A DNA stretch of 64,000 bases from the NCBI GenBank assembly GCA_036339295.1, contig JAYZBK010000079.1:240-64239 (forward strand), given 5' to 3'. This document shows, piece after piece, positions 8,608 to 18,802 of this stretch. The position numbers and the translations under genes are program-made. The notes under the pieces were generated by a model, which saw only the letters and a program-made list of their open reading frames with translations, did no database searches and was not told the DNA's origin. The DNA comes from Planctomycetota bacterium. GTDB lineage: Bacteria > Planctomycetota > Phycisphaerae > Phycisphaerales > SM1A02. The stretch's first letter is position 1. Each line of letters starts with the position of its first letter.

Positions 8608-9420
8608 TCAGTCGCGATTCGACATCGCGGCGATGTAGTAGACGAGCTTCAGCGCCTCGAAGTAGATCCAGGCGATCGTCACGATGAGGCCGAAGGCGAC
8701 GTACCACTCGGTCTCCTTCGGGGCGTTGCTCGCGACCAGCTCGTCCGCCTGCCGGAAGTCGACGATCAGCCACAACGACGCCAGGATGAGGATCGCACCC
8801 GTCACCCCGAGGCCGATCCACGGGGCGCTGCCCCCGCCGAAGGCGTTGCCGAGGTTGAAGAGCATGGTGTCGATGCCGAAGAAGCTGAGCACGAACGACA
8901 GAAGTGCGGCCACGATCACGCCGAGCGTCGCCACCGAGAGCACCTTCTGGAACATCGCGCCGCCCTTGAGGATGCCGGCCCGATAGAGGAAGAGCATGGA
9001 GCCCAGGCAGCCGATCGTCACGACGAACGCCTGGAGGGCGACCCCTCCCGCCGCCGCGATCCCCTGCTGGGCGAGGATCCCGTCCAGCATCACGGCGAAG
9101 CCGCCGAGGAACAGGCCCTGCACGATCGAGTAGGCGAAGCCGAGGTTCCTGGCCCTCGTGGCACTGCCGCGAATGAAGAAGATCGCCCCGAGTCCCACGA
9201 CGAGGCTCAGGATCATCAGCGGGAACATGAGCCAGGGGTTCGCCTTCACCAGCGCGTATCCGCCGGCTCCGGCCACGGTCATCGCCATCGCGAGGAACCC
9301 GGTCTTGTTCACGATCCCGGAGATGCTGGCGGTCTCGGTGGCGGCGGTGTCGTTCCACCAGTCGCCGCCGCGCAGCGTGTTCTCGTTGAGAATGGGATTG
9401 CTCGTCTGCAGCGTGCTCAC
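8608..9420 (-). CDS. Bax inhibitor-1/YccA-like multi-pass membrane protein
   Basis: ORF 8608..9486 trimmed to GTG 9420 (VSTLQTSNPILNE..., the TSNP(I/V)L N-terminus I associate with this family). About 7 hydrophobic helices. Family assignment is from memory of the N-terminal motif and topology only. Confidence 0.6.
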   Translation of the reverse strand: MSTLQTSNPILNENTLRGGDWWNDTAATETASISGIVNKTGFLAMAMTVAGAGGYALVKANPWLMFPLMILSLVVGLGAIFFIRGSATRARNLGFAYSIVQGLFLGGFAVMLDGILAQQGIAAAGGVALQAFVVTIGCLGSMLFLYRAGILKGGAMFQKVLSVATLGVIVAALLSFVLSFFGIDTMLFNLGNAFGGGSAPWIGLGVTGAILILASLWLIVDFRQADELVASNAPKETEWYVAFGLIVTIAWIYFEALKLVYYIAAMSNRD

Positions 9421-9519
9421 GTCGGTTCGTCTCCACGAGGATCGAGGGATCGGCGGTTCGGGTCCCGCCCGCCGAAAGGGTAGCACCCACCGCGAGCGTC
9501 GGCTCCCGGCGGCCCGCCG

Positions 9520-11004
9520 CTAGAGCAATTCGGCGGCGATCGAGGCCAGTTCGCTCCGCTCGGTGCGGTCCAGGGTCACGTGGCCGGCGATCGGATGGGC
9601 CTTCATGCTCTCGATGACGTGGCTCAGGCCGTTGCTCGAGGCGTCGAGGTACGGGCTGTCGATCTGGCCGATGTCGCCGCACAGCACGATCTTGGTGCCT
9701 TCGCCGACGCGGCTGACGATCGTCCGCACCTCGTGCGGGGAGAGGTTCTGGGCCTCGTCGACGATGATGAACTGGTGGGGGATGGAACGGCCGCGGATGT
9801 AGGTGATCGGCTCGAGGACGACCCGTCCGGTGGCCAAGAGCTGATCGAGTCTCTGCTCGGCGCTCCGGCTGTCGGCGTCGTTGAACTGGCTTCCCCGGGT
9901 GGAGAGCAGGTAGGCGAGGTTGTCGAAGATCGGCTGCATCCACATCGCGAGCTTCTCGTCCTTGTCGCCGGGCAGGTAGCCGATGTCCCGACCGAGCGGC
10001 ATGATCGGCCGGGCGGTCAGCATCTTGTCGTACCGCTCCTCCTTGATCGTCTTCTGCAGCCCGGCCGCGAGGGCGAGGAGGGTCTTCCCCGATCCCGCGG
10101 GACCGATCATCGTCAGGAGCTTGACGTCGTCGTCCAGCAGGAGGTCGAGCGCCATCTTCTGCTGGAGGTTCCTCGCCATCACTCCCTGCACCGGCTTGCG
10201 GGGACCGGTCACGGGAATCACGTGTCCGGTGTCCGCCAGCAGCCGGGCGAGACCGGTGTGCGACTGGTCGCCCTCGTCGACCAGCATCACGAACTGGTTC
10301 GGCAGGACGACCGGGTTCTCGATCACCGTCCCGTCCGGCGTCGTCGCGGCGTGCATCTCGAGCCGGCTGGCATGCACCTGCCGCTCGTCGTAGAGATCGT
10401 CGATCACCTCGCCGGGCACGACCATCTGGATCCAGCCCGTGTGCAGCCAGTCGGCGTCGACCCGGTCGTGCGCGAAGTCCTCGGCGGGAATGTCGAGGGC
10501 GTCGCACTTCACCCGGGCGTTGATGTCCTTGGAGATGAAGATCGTGTGCAGGCCGGCCTCGTGAAGCTCGTGGGCGACCCCGAGGATGCGGTTGTCCGCG
10601 ATGTCGAGGTCGAGGGAGAACGCCCGGTCACGGTCGCACCGATGGATGCGGACCGATCCGCCGTGGTCGTTCCACGGAACCCCCTCGAAGAGGCGGCCCT
10701 TGGACCGGAGATCGTCCAGGGCGCGGATGACCTGCCGGGAGTTGCGGCCGGTCTCGTCGTTGTTCTTCTTGAAGCGGTCGAGCTCCTCGATCACCGTGAG
10801 TGGAATGACCACCTCGTGCTCGGCGAACTTGAAGATAGAACTCGGATTGTGGAGCAGCACGTTCGTGTCGAGGACGAAGTGCTTCCGGTCCTTCTCGCTG
10901 ACGACGGACTTCTCGTTCGCCGGAGTGGAACCTGGTTCGGTCGGGGTGGATGCGGTCGTGACGACGTGGGAATCGACCGGTCGGGTCAAGGCGAGGACCT
11001 CCAT
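9520..11004 (-). CDS. PhoH2: PIN-domain RNase fused to PhoH-like ATPase
   Basis: Real gene is the C-terminal 494 aa of the 921-aa track ORF, starting at ATG 11004 (MEVLALTRP). PIN: FVLDTNVLLHNP...IPLTVIEELD. P-loop: GPAGSGKT. Walker B: FIIVDEAQN. Confidence 0.9.
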   Translation of the reverse strand: MEVLALTRPVDSHVVTTASTPTEPGSTPANEKSVVSEKDRKHFVLDTNVLLHNPSSIFKFAEHEVVIPLTVIEELDRFKKNNDETGRNSRQVIRALDDLRSKGRLFEGVPWNDHGGSVRIHRCDRDRAFSLDLDIADNRILGVAHELHEAGLHTIFISKDINARVKCDALDIPAEDFAHDRVDADWLHTGWIQMVVPGEVIDDLYDERQVHASRLEMHAATTPDGTVIENPVVLPNQFVMLVDEGDQSHTGLARLLADTGHVIPVTGPRKPVQGVMARNLQQKMALDLLLDDDVKLLTMIGPAGSGKTLLALAAGLQKTIKEERYDKMLTARPIMPLGRDIGYLPGDKDEKLAMWMQPIFDNLAYLLSTRGSQFNDADSRSAEQRLDQLLATGRVVLEPITYIRGRSIPHQFIIVDEAQNLSPHEVRTIVSRVGEGTKIVLCGDIGQIDSPYLDASSNGLSHVIESMKAHPIAGHVTLDRTERSELASIAAELL

Positions 11005-11163
11005 GCGGGCGCCGAGCGGGTCGGAGGGGATGGGCACCGGATCCGTCCGGGCCACCCTCCCCGCCCAAGGGAGACTAGTCGCGGGATCTCGAAATGTCCC
11101 GGCGGAATCGTGAAGTTCCGGTGGTCCGGGATCGGACCGGGAGATGCCGGTACCGTGGTCGGC

Positions 11164-12291
11164 ATGACGACCCGGCCGACGGTGGACGCCCTGACCCGCA
11201 CCCTGGACGAGATGCTCCCCGAGCGCCTGGCCGAGCCCTGGGACAACACGGGCCTCCTTGTCGGCGTTCGTGCCGAGCCGGTGGAGAAGGTCCTCCTCTG
11301 CATCGACCTCACCTCGGCGGTCGTCGAGGAAGCGCTGGAAAGAGGGTGCGATGCGGTCGTCGCCTACCACCCGCCGATCTTCGAACCGCTCAAGTCGCTC
11401 ACCGACGATCGACCCGGAGGCGGCGACCTGCTGGCCCTCGCCCGTGCCGGCGTCGCGGTCCATTCGCCCCACACCTCGGCCGATGCCGCGATTGGCGGCG
11501 TGAACGACTGGCTTCTCGACCGCCTCGGCGCGACCTCGGGACGCGCCATGCACCCGGCCTCGAGCCTCCCGGGATCCGAGCGGTTCAAGATCGTCACCTT
11601 CACGCCGAAGGGCACGGAGGCGGCGGTTCGTTCGGCGGCCGCCTCCGCCGGAGCCGGGCGCATCGGCGACTACGACCACTGCAGCACGGAGATGCCGGTG
11701 ACCGGCCGCTTCCGAGGCGGTCCGGGGACCTCCCCGGTCATCGGACGCCCGGGTCGACACGAAGCGGTGGAGGAGATCCGCCTCGAACTGGTCTGCGGTT
11801 CGAACGAACTCGGCGACGCCCTCGACGCCGTTCGTCGAGCCCATCCGTACGAGGAACCGCCGATCGAGATCCACGAGCTCTCGGCCCGTCCCGATCCCCG
11901 GGTCGGCACCGGTCGCGTCGCGACCCTCGACCCCGGAGCCACCACGATGGAACTGGTGGAACGGCTCCGGACCGGCCTCTCCGGTGGACGCTTCGCCGTG
12001 CACGACCCCCCACCTCGACGACGCCATCGGCTCGTCGGCGTCTGCGCCGGAAGCGGCGGCAGCCTGCTGCAGGACGCGATCGATCGCGGATGCACGGTCT
12101 TCGTGACCGGCGAGCTGAAGCACCATGACGTCCTCGCCGCCGCCGCGGCGGGCTGCTCGGTGATCCTCGCGGGTCACACCAACACCGAGCGAGGCTGGCT
12201 GAAGGTGCTTCGCCGACGACTCCTGAAGGCCCTTCCCGGCCTCGAGGTCGAAGTGTCGCGCCGCGACCGGGATCCCCTGCGGCACGCCTGA
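11164..12291 (+). CDS. Nif3-like dinuclear metal centre protein (YbgI/YqfO family) with PII-like insert
   Basis: C-terminal 375 aa of the 903-aa track ORF, starting at ATG 11164. AEPWDNTGLLVG, VVAYHPPIF, HSPHTSAD, GGVNDWL, ILAGHTNTER. Confidence 0.85.
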   Translation: MTTRPTVDALTRTLDEMLPERLAEPWDNTGLLVGVRAEPVEKVLLCIDLTSAVVEEALERGCDAVVAYHPPIFEPLKSLTDDRPGGGDLLALARAGVAVHSPHTSADAAIGGVNDWLLDRLGATSGRAMHPASSLPGSERFKIVTFTPKGTEAAVRSAAASAGAGRIGDYDHCSTEMPVTGRFRGGPGTSPVIGRPGRHEAVEEIRLELVCGSNELGDALDAVRRAHPYEEPPIEIHELSARPDPRVGTGRVATLDPGATTMELVERLRTGLSGGRFAVHDPPPRRRHRLVGVCAGSGGSLLQDAIDRGCTVFVTGELKHHDVLAAAAAGCSVILAGHTNTERGWLKVLRRRLLKALPGLEVEVSRRDRDPLRHA

Positions 12292-15200
12292 TCAGGTGGC
12301 CGGGGGCGGCGTCCGCGAACTCCGCTCCTCGCGGGTCGTCCCGAACCAGAGCCAGTGGAAGAGGCCCACGAGGTCGTCCGCGATCACGAGGATCGCGGGA
12401 AGCAGGAGCAGCGTGAGGAAGGTGGCGCTCGCGAGTCCCCAGGTGATCGAGATCGCCATCGGGACCAGGAAGCGTGCCTGGAAGCTCGGCTCGAGCATCA
12501 GCGGGGTCAACCCGAGGATCGTGGTGGTGGTCGTCAGGACGATCGGACGGAGTCGCCGCTTCCCGGCTTCCACCAGCGACCGCTCGAGCGACAGGCCCGA
12601 GGCACGATTCAGGTTGAAGAACTCGACGAGGATCAGGGAGTTGTTCACCACGACGCCCGCGAGCGCCACCACCCCGATGAGGCTCAGGAAGGTCAGCTGG
12701 AAGCCGAGGATCCAGTGCCCCCAGACGACGCCGATGAGCGAGAACGGGATCGCCAGCATCACCGCGAACGGCTGCAGGTAGCTTCCGAAGAGCCAGGCGA
12801 GGATCACGTAGATCATGATGCAGGCGGCGCCCATCGCGACCGGAAGCGAACTGAACGCGTCGTAGACGTCCTGCTGCCGACCGCCGGTCTCGATCAGGAC
12901 GCCGGGATTCCGTTCACGCAGGAGATCGAGCCCCGGCGCCATCGCCGAGACCACCGACTCCGGACTGGTGAACGCGTCCACCTCCGCCGTCACGCTCACC
13001 GCCCGGCGTCGATCGATCCGGCGGATCGACGAGCTCGCCTCGGCCTCCTCGATGGTCGCGATCTCGCGAAACGGGATCGCCCGACCGTCGCGGGCGATCA
13101 CCCACATGTCCTCGACCCCACCGAGCGACCGTCGATTCTCCTCGTCGAAGACGACCCGGACGTCGATGTCCTCGCGGTCCGCGCTGTAGACGTGGGCCTC
13201 GAGTCCGTACACCGCGCCGCGCACCTGCCGGGCCACCTCCCGCACGTCGATGCCGAGCGAGGCGGCGGAGGAGATCAACGCGATCCGGAGCTCGCGGGCC
13301 CCCGGTTCGTCGTCGTCCGCGATGTCGTAGACGCCCTCGAAGCCGGCGAGCAGGTCCTTCAGCCCCTCGACCGCCAGGTCGACCTGGGGAGCGTCGTCGC
13401 CGGTGATCTCGAAGGTGATCGCCGCCCCGCCGGGACCCCCGTCGATCTCCCGCCAGGAGACCCGCTCGACCTCGGAGAGGTCGCCGGCCGCGGTCCGGAT
13501 CGCGTCGATCACCTCGGGGCTGGGCCGATCCCGATCCTCGATGGGCGAGAGCTCGAAGAAGATCTGGGCGATCGAACTCGCCGCCGGATCCGCGAGCCCC
13601 GTGTTGATGTCGAAGCTCTGCCCGACCGACAGGCTCGTGTAGACGACCTCGGGCTGGAGGCGGGCGGCGTCCTCGATCCTCCGCGCGACCCGTCTCGTCG
13701 ACTCGAGTTCGGTGCCTGCGGGCATGCGCAGATCCACGACGACGTTCTCGGCGTCGTCGACGGGAAGGAAGACGAACTCCACCCGTCCGCCGCTCACCAT
13801 CCCCAGCGAGATCGCGAGGACCGCGAGGGCGATGGACGTCGCCACCCATCGGAACCGGACGCTGAGGGCCGCGAGTCGACCGTAGGACTCGGTCAGGGGC
13901 GCCACGATCCGCTCGTCGCGCCAGGCCGAGAATCGGTCCGCCAGCGCGAAGAGGCCTCGACTGCCGCTCGATCGGATCCCGCGAAGGGCGTGGACCATGT
14001 GCGAGGGCAGGATGATCATCGACTCGACGAGGCTGATGAGGAGTGCGCAGAAGACGACGATCGGGAGCGCACCGAGGAGCTTCCCCATGTTGCCCTTGAG
14101 GAAGACGAGGGGCATGAACGCGACGATCGTCGTCAGGACCGTGCCGACCACGGGCCAGAACACCTGCTCGCCGCCACGCGTCGCCGCGTCGACCTGTTCC
14201 TCGCCTCGCTGCCCGCGGGCGGCGATGTTCTCCGCCACCACGATCGCGTCGTCGGTGAGCATGCCGAGCGTGACCAGCAGCCCGAACATCGTGAGCAGGT
14301 TGAGCGTCACGCCGAGCGCATTCATCACCAGCAGCGTTCCGCAGATGGCGGTGAACAGGCCGACCATGACCCAGAACGCGACCCGCAGGTTCAGGACCAG
14401 GAGCAGTGCGATGAACACGAGCGCCGCGCCCTGGAGCGCGTTGCGGGTCAGGAGCTCGAGCCGCCCCTGGATGAACCGGGAGAGGTCGTTGTGGACGACG
14501 AGTTCCGCGGGGAGCGGCTCCGGGCAGTCGCGACCGAGTCGGTACGCCTCCCATCGATCGTCCTGCAGCCAGCTCGACCAGATCGGGCCGGGAAACGCCT
14601 CGCCTCGCCGTCCCGCCGCGTAGGCGTAGGCCATGGAGGCGATGCGGACCGCGTCCTGGCTCCCGGTCTTGTAGATCGTGATGCTCGCGGCGGGCTGGCC
14701 GACGAACCGCTCCTCCACCGGGACGTCGACGAATCCATCCTCGAGCCGGGCGAGATCCTGGACCCGGATCGCCTCCCCGCCCGGCAGCGCCCGGACGACG
14801 ATCTCGCCGACCGCCTCCGCCCGCTCCTCGACGCCCATGGTCCGGATGCTGACGTTCCCTCCACGCCCCCGGACCGTGCCGCTCGGCAGCTCGAGCATCC
14901 ACGCCCGGATCGCGTCGGCGACCTCGGTGATCGGGATCCCGTACTCCACGAGCCGATCGGGATCGACCTCGATCCGGATCTCGTAGTCGCGCAGCCCGGA
15001 GACCTGCTGGGAGCCCATGCCGGGAAGGGAGTCGAGGTCGTCCGCGATCCGGCGCAGGCCTCGCTTGAGGGTCCGCTCGTCGGTGTCGCCGAACAGGGTC
15101 ACGATCACCACCGGGAGATTCGGCTCGAACTCGAGCACCCGGATCTTCTCGGCCTCGTCCGGCAGGTCGGAGAGCCGCTCGATCGCCCGCTCGACGTCCG

Positions 15201-15516
15201 AGACCCCCTCCGCGACGTCGGTGCCCTCCTGGAACTTCACGACGACGACGCCGGTGCCCTCGCTCACCGTGGTCTCGATCCGCTTCACGTCCTCGACGGT
15301 GCCGATGGCATCCTCGACCTTGCGGGCCATCGACTCCTCGAGCTCCCGGGCGGTGGCGCCGGGATACACGAGCTCGACGCGGGCGGCCTCGGGATCGATC
15401 TCCGGGAAGAACTCGCGGCGCAGGCTCAGCCCCGACCAGATGCCTCCGACGATGAGCACCATCATCAGCAGGTTGGCCGGAACCGGGTTTCGTGCGCCGA
15501 ACGAGGGGAAGCTCAC
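12292..15516 (-). CDS. RND efflux transporter permease (AcrB/HAE family)
   Basis: 1074 aa, 12-TM RND layout. N-terminus NPVPANLLMMVLIVGGIWS. GTGA overlap with the adaptor gene stop at 15513-15516. Confidence 0.9.
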   Translation of the reverse strand: MSFPSFGARNPVPANLLMMVLIVGGIWSGLSLRREFFPEIDPEAARVELVYPGATARELEESMARKVEDAIGTVEDVKRIETTVSEGTGVVVVKFQEGTDVAEGVSDVERAIERLSDLPDEAEKIRVLEFEPNLPVVIVTLFGDTDERTLKRGLRRIADDLDSLPGMGSQQVSGLRDYEIRIEVDPDRLVEYGIPITEVADAIRAWMLELPSGTVRGRGGNVSIRTMGVEERAEAVGEIVVRALPGGEAIRVQDLARLEDGFVDVPVEERFVGQPAASITIYKTGSQDAVRIASMAYAYAAGRRGEAFPGPIWSSWLQDDRWEAYRLGRDCPEPLPAELVVHNDLSRFIQGRLELLTRNALQGAALVFIALLLVLNLRVAFWVMVGLFTAICGTLLVMNALGVTLNLLTMFGLLVTLGMLTDDAIVVAENIAARGQRGEEQVDAATRGGEQVFWPVVGTVLTTIVAFMPLVFLKGNMGKLLGALPIVVFCALLISLVESMIILPSHMVHALRGIRSSGSRGLFALADRFSAWRDERIVAPLTESYGRLAALSVRFRWVATSIALAVLAISLGMVSGGRVEFVFLPVDDAENVVVDLRMPAGTELESTRRVARRIEDAARLQPEVVYTSLSVGQSFDINTGLADPAASSIAQIFFELSPIEDRDRPSPEVIDAIRTAAGDLSEVERVSWREIDGGPGGAAITFEITGDDAPQVDLAVEGLKDLLAGFEGVYDIADDDEPGARELRIALISSAASLGIDVREVARQVRGAVYGLEAHVYSADREDIDVRVVFDEENRRSLGGVEDMWVIARDGRAIPFREIATIEEAEASSSIRRIDRRRAVSVTAEVDAFTSPESVVSAMAPGLDLLRERNPGVLIETGGRQQDVYDAFSSLPVAMGAACIMIYVILAWLFGSYLQPFAVMLAIPFSLIGVVWGHWILGFQLTFLSLIGVVALAGVVVNNSLILVEFFNLNRASGLSLERSLVEAGKRRLRPIVLTTTTTILGLTPLMLEPSFQARFLVPMAISITWGLASATFLTLLLLPAILVIADDLVGLFHWLWFGTTREERSSRTPPPAT

Positions 15517-16901
15517 GGTGCCGCGTCTCCGGCCCGGTCGGGCGCCGAAGCCACCGGATCACGGGGGTCGACGCTCATGCCCTCCTCGAAGGACCGGCCG
15601 CCGTCCACCACGAGACGACTTCCCGCGGGCAGCGGCTCCTCGAGGACCAGCCACTGGGTGTCGGCGAGACCGGTCGAGGGTCGGGCCTCGTTCAGGGGAA
15701 ACGCCACGTCGACGGGCTCGAACCGGATCCGTCCGTCGTCCACCAGCATCAGGCGCTGGTTCACGACCGATCTCCGCGGCACCACCGCCCGAGAATCGAC
15801 CTTCGATTCGACCACCTCGCCGTGCACGAAGAGGCCGGGGACGACCCGGTCGCCGTCGGATTCGATCTCGACGAAGACGGTCATCGTCCGGCTGCCGGCA
15901 TCGTCCTCCGGGGCGATCCTCACGACGGCCGCCTCGATCGGATCGTCGACCACCGTCCGATTGACGATCACCCGGTCGCCGATCGCGATCCGCCCGCGAG
16001 CCGACGCGGGGATCCGGAGCGGCAGTTCGATCCTCGTCGGGTCGAAGAGCCGGATGATGGGGGTTCCCGCCCCCACCTGCTCGCCCATCTCGACCAGGAC
16101 CGAGGCGACGACGCCGTCGAAGGGCGCCACGACGCGGCAACGCTCCACCTGCGACTCGGCCAGCCGCCGCGCACTCTCGGACTGGTCGCGCTGCGCGACC
16201 ATCGCTCGACGGCGCATCGGAAGGGAGGAGACGAGCTCCTCCATCGCGACCACGCCGCGGCGGGCCACCAGCAGCTGCTGCTCGGCGGCGTCGATCTCCC
16301 GAGGCAGGGCGGCCCCGCGATCGCCCGCGTCGCGGACGCGCGCGACGTCGCGTTCGGCCAGCTCCACTTCGCGACGTCCGATCTCCAGTCGAGCCTTCGC
16401 CGTCTCGAGCTCGGAATCGAGCCGGTCGATCTCCGCGTCCATCTGGACGGTCTGTTCGGCCGCGGACTCCATCTGTCGCTGGTAGTGCTCGGCGTCGAGC
16501 AGGACGAGCGCCTCGCCCTCCCGGACCTCGACCCCGACGTCGAGACCGTCGCGAAGGCTCTCGACCGTCGAGGCGACCCTCGACGGGACCATCGACATGG
16601 TGGCGGGACGCATCGTGCCGAATCCCCGCCAGCGACGAGCGATGGCCTCCGGCCTCGCCTCGATCGTGATCACCGGCGTGGCGAGCGCGGCCTGGTCGAC
16701 CCTCGCCGGCTCCGGAGCCGTCGCGGTCAGGCCGACCGCCACCGCGACTCCGGCGGCGAGGATCACGAGGGAGACGAGAACCCGGAAGATCACGGACACG
16801 ACCATGCCCGGCCCCTTCGGTCCGGGTCCCCGGTCCGGCGTCTCGTCGGATGCCTCCGAACGGTTCGCCGATGTCGTGTGCTCGTCGTCGACGGACTGCA
16901 T
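15513..16901 (-). CDS. RND efflux periplasmic adaptor (MFP/HlyD family)
   Basis: N-terminal TM anchor, coiled-coil hairpin (LETAKARLEIGRREVELAERDVARVRD) and beta-barrel C-terminus. Translationally coupled to the RND pump. No outer-membrane factor gene adjacent. Confidence 0.85.
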   Translation of the reverse strand: MQSVDDEHTTSANRSEASDETPDRGPGPKGPGMVVSVIFRVLVSLVILAAGVAVAVGLTATAPEPARVDQAALATPVITIEARPEAIARRWRGFGTMRPATMSMVPSRVASTVESLRDGLDVGVEVREGEALVLLDAEHYQRQMESAAEQTVQMDAEIDRLDSELETAKARLEIGRREVELAERDVARVRDAGDRGAALPREIDAAEQQLLVARRGVVAMEELVSSLPMRRRAMVAQRDQSESARRLAESQVERCRVVAPFDGVVASVLVEMGEQVGAGTPIIRLFDPTRIELPLRIPASARGRIAIGDRVIVNRTVVDDPIEAAVVRIAPEDDAGSRTMTVFVEIESDGDRVVPGLFVHGEVVESKVDSRAVVPRRSVVNQRLMLVDDGRIRFEPVDVAFPLNEARPSTGLADTQWLVLEEPLPAGSRLVVDGGRSFEEGMSVDPRDPVASAPDRAGDAAP

Positions 16902-16993
16902 GATGGACTCCGGGAGTTCGAGAGTGGACGGGATCGCGGATCCTACCGGTTCCGGCCACGCCGAACGTGGCGGCTGTCGGTACTCTTCGTGGC

Positions 16994-17326
16994 ATGACCG
17001 ATCACGATTCAGCCGCGGAGGGGCTCGAGCCGCCCTCGATCGAGGACATCGCGAGGGTCGCGAAGCTCTCCCGCCTCGCCCTCGACGGCGAAGGGCTGGA
17101 GTCCGCGCGAATCGATCTCCTCGCGATCCTCCAGCACGTCCATCGGCTCTCCTCGCTCGACGTCGAGGGGGTCGAACCGATGGCCCGTCCCCAGTCCATC
17201 GTGAACCGGCTCGCCGAGGACGAGCCCGGGCCGGTCCTCGATCGCGACGTCGTCCTCGGACTCGCCCCGGCGGTCGAGGGCGAGTTCATCGCGGTCCCCA
17301 AGGTGCTCGGAGAAGGCGGGGCCTGA
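16994..17326 (+). CDS. gatC: Asp/Glu-tRNA amidotransferase subunit C
   Basis: IEDIARVAKLSRLAL...DLLAILQHVHRLSSLDVEGVEPMA...LAEDEP. Start taken at ATG 16994. Confidence 0.9.
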   Translation: MTDHDSAAEGLEPPSIEDIARVAKLSRLALDGEGLESARIDLLAILQHVHRLSSLDVEGVEPMARPQSIVNRLAEDEPGPVLDRDVVLGLAPAVEGEFIAVPKVLGEGGA

Positions 17327-17350
17327 TCCCGGGCCTCCATCGAGACGATC

Positions 17351-18802
17351 ATGAACCGAACCAACGACGATCTCCTCGACCGGGTCGCCCGCTTCAAGTC
17401 GGGCGAGGTGGCCGCCGCCGAGCGAACGAGAGCCGCCATCGACCGGATCGCCGAGGTCGACCCCGGCATCAACGCCTTCCACGACGTCCTCGAGGAGTCG
17501 GCGATGCGGGACGCCGAGCGACTCGACGAGGCGCGAGGCCGCGGCGAGCCGCTGGGACCGCTCGCCGGCGCGGTCATCGCGGTGAAGGACAACATCTGCA
17601 CCGTGGACGGTCGGACCACCTGCAGTTCTCGGATGCTCGCCGACTACCGCTCGCCGTTCGAGGCGACGTGCGCGACCAGGCTCCGTGAGGCCGGCGCGAT
17701 CGTCGTCGGCAAGACGAACATGGACGAGTTCGCGATGGGCTCCTCCAGCGAGCAGTGCGCCTGGGGACCGGTCCGGAACCCCCACGCACCGGATCGGGTG
17801 CCCGGCGGCTCCAGTGGTGGAAGCGCCGCGGCGGTCGCCGCCGACTGCGTCGACGCCGCGCTCGGGAGCGACACCGGCGGATCCATCCGGCAGCCCGCGG
17901 CGTTCTGCGGCAACGTGGGCTTCAAGCCCACCTACGGTCGAGTCTCCCGGTACGGCCTCGTCGCCTTCGGCTCGAGCCTCGACCAGATCGGTCCACTGGC
18001 CCGCAGCGTTCGCGATGCGGCGGCGATCTACGAGGCGATGGCCGGTCTCGATCCCGCCGATGCGACGACTTCCGACCGACCGGTGGAATCCTGCCTCGGG
18101 TCGGGGCCGCTCGATCCCTCGGGACTTCGAGTCGGCATCCCGGTCGAGCACCGGGACGATCGAAACCATCCGGGCATCAACGCGTCCGTGGCCGACCTGG
18201 CCGACCGTCTCCGCGAGGCCGGCGCCACGATCGTCGACGTGGAGCTTCCGCTCACCCAGCACGGGATCTCGACCTACTACATCATCGCGCCGGCGGAGGC
18301 GAGCAGCAATCTCACGCGGTTCGACGGCATCCGATACGGACACCGGGCGGCGGCGGTGCCGGGTGAAGGCCTCGAGGACCTCTACGCACGCACGCGGACC
18401 GAGGGATTCGGCCCCGAAGTGCGACGGCGGATCATGCTCGGGACCTACGTGCTGAGTGCGGGCTACTACGACGCCTACTACAAGCGGGCCCTCCAGGTCC
18501 GCCGGCTCATCAAGCAGGAGTTCGACCAGGCCTTCGAGCAGTGCGACGTCCTGCTCGGGCCGACGACGCCGACCCCCGCGTTCGCGATCGGCGCCGGACT
18601 CGATCCCGTGTCGATGTACCTCAACGACGTCTACACCGTGAACGCGAACATCGCCGGCATTCCCGCGATCTCGATCCCGGCCGGCGACGTGGAGGACGGC
18701 GGAAGCCGGCTTCCCATCGGCCTCCACCTGCAGGCGCCGGCCTTCGAGGACGCCCGGCTCCTTCGGGCGGCCGCCACCATCGAGTCGATGCTGGCCGGCT
18801 AG
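17351..18802 (+). CDS. gatA: Asp/Glu-tRNA amidotransferase subunit A
   Basis: Amidase signature GGSSGGSAAAVAA...GSDTGGSIRQPAAFCG. 483 aa. Confidence 0.95.
   Translation: MNRTNDDLLDRVARFKSGEVAAAERTRAAIDRIAEVDPGINAFHDVLEESAMRDAERLDEARGRGEPLGPLAGAVIAVKDNICTVDGRTTCSSRMLADYRSPFEATCATRLREAGAIVVGKTNMDEFAMGSSSEQCAWGPVRNPHAPDRVPGGSSGGSAAAVAADCVDAALGSDTGGSIRQPAAFCGNVGFKPTYGRVSRYGLVAFGSSLDQIGPLARSVRDAAAIYEAMAGLDPADATTSDRPVESCLGSGPLDPSGLRVGIPVEHRDDRNHPGINASVADLADRLREAGATIVDVELPLTQHGISTYYIIAPAEASSNLTRFDGIRYGHRAAAVPGEGLEDLYARTRTEGFGPEVRRRIMLGTYVLSAGYYDAYYKRALQVRRLIKQEFDQAFEQCDVLLGPTTPTPAFAIGAGLDPVSMYLNDVYTVNANIAGIPAISIPAGDVEDGGSRLPIGLHLQAPAFEDARLLRAAATIESMLAG

Noticed and set aside
8012-10507. 831-aa minus-strand ORF spanning the fliN-like, BI-1-like and phoH2 regions.
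   Set aside because: It is out of frame with the recognisable genes, has extreme Arg/Pro/Gly content and shows no motifs.
11063-11072. The AT-containing 10-mer GAGACTAGTC, which recurs as its reverse complement at 39030-39039.
   Set aside because: My rough composition-based estimate gives about a 5% chance of a second hit in 128 kb of two-strand sequence. With many possible 10-mers this is not significant. The second copy simply contains a stop codon.
11005-12285. N-terminal 427 aa of the 921-aa ORF (9520..12285, -), and likewise the N-terminal 528 aa of the 903-aa ORF (9580..12291, +).
   Set aside because: The two giant ORFs are mutual antisense. Each contains a real gene only in its C-terminal part (PhoH2 from 11004, Nif3 from 11164), and the extensions lack any domain signal.
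12355-16485. 1376-aa plus-strand ORF.
   Set aside because: Antisense to the RND pump and adaptor genes. Asp/Arg/Glu/His-rich junk translation.
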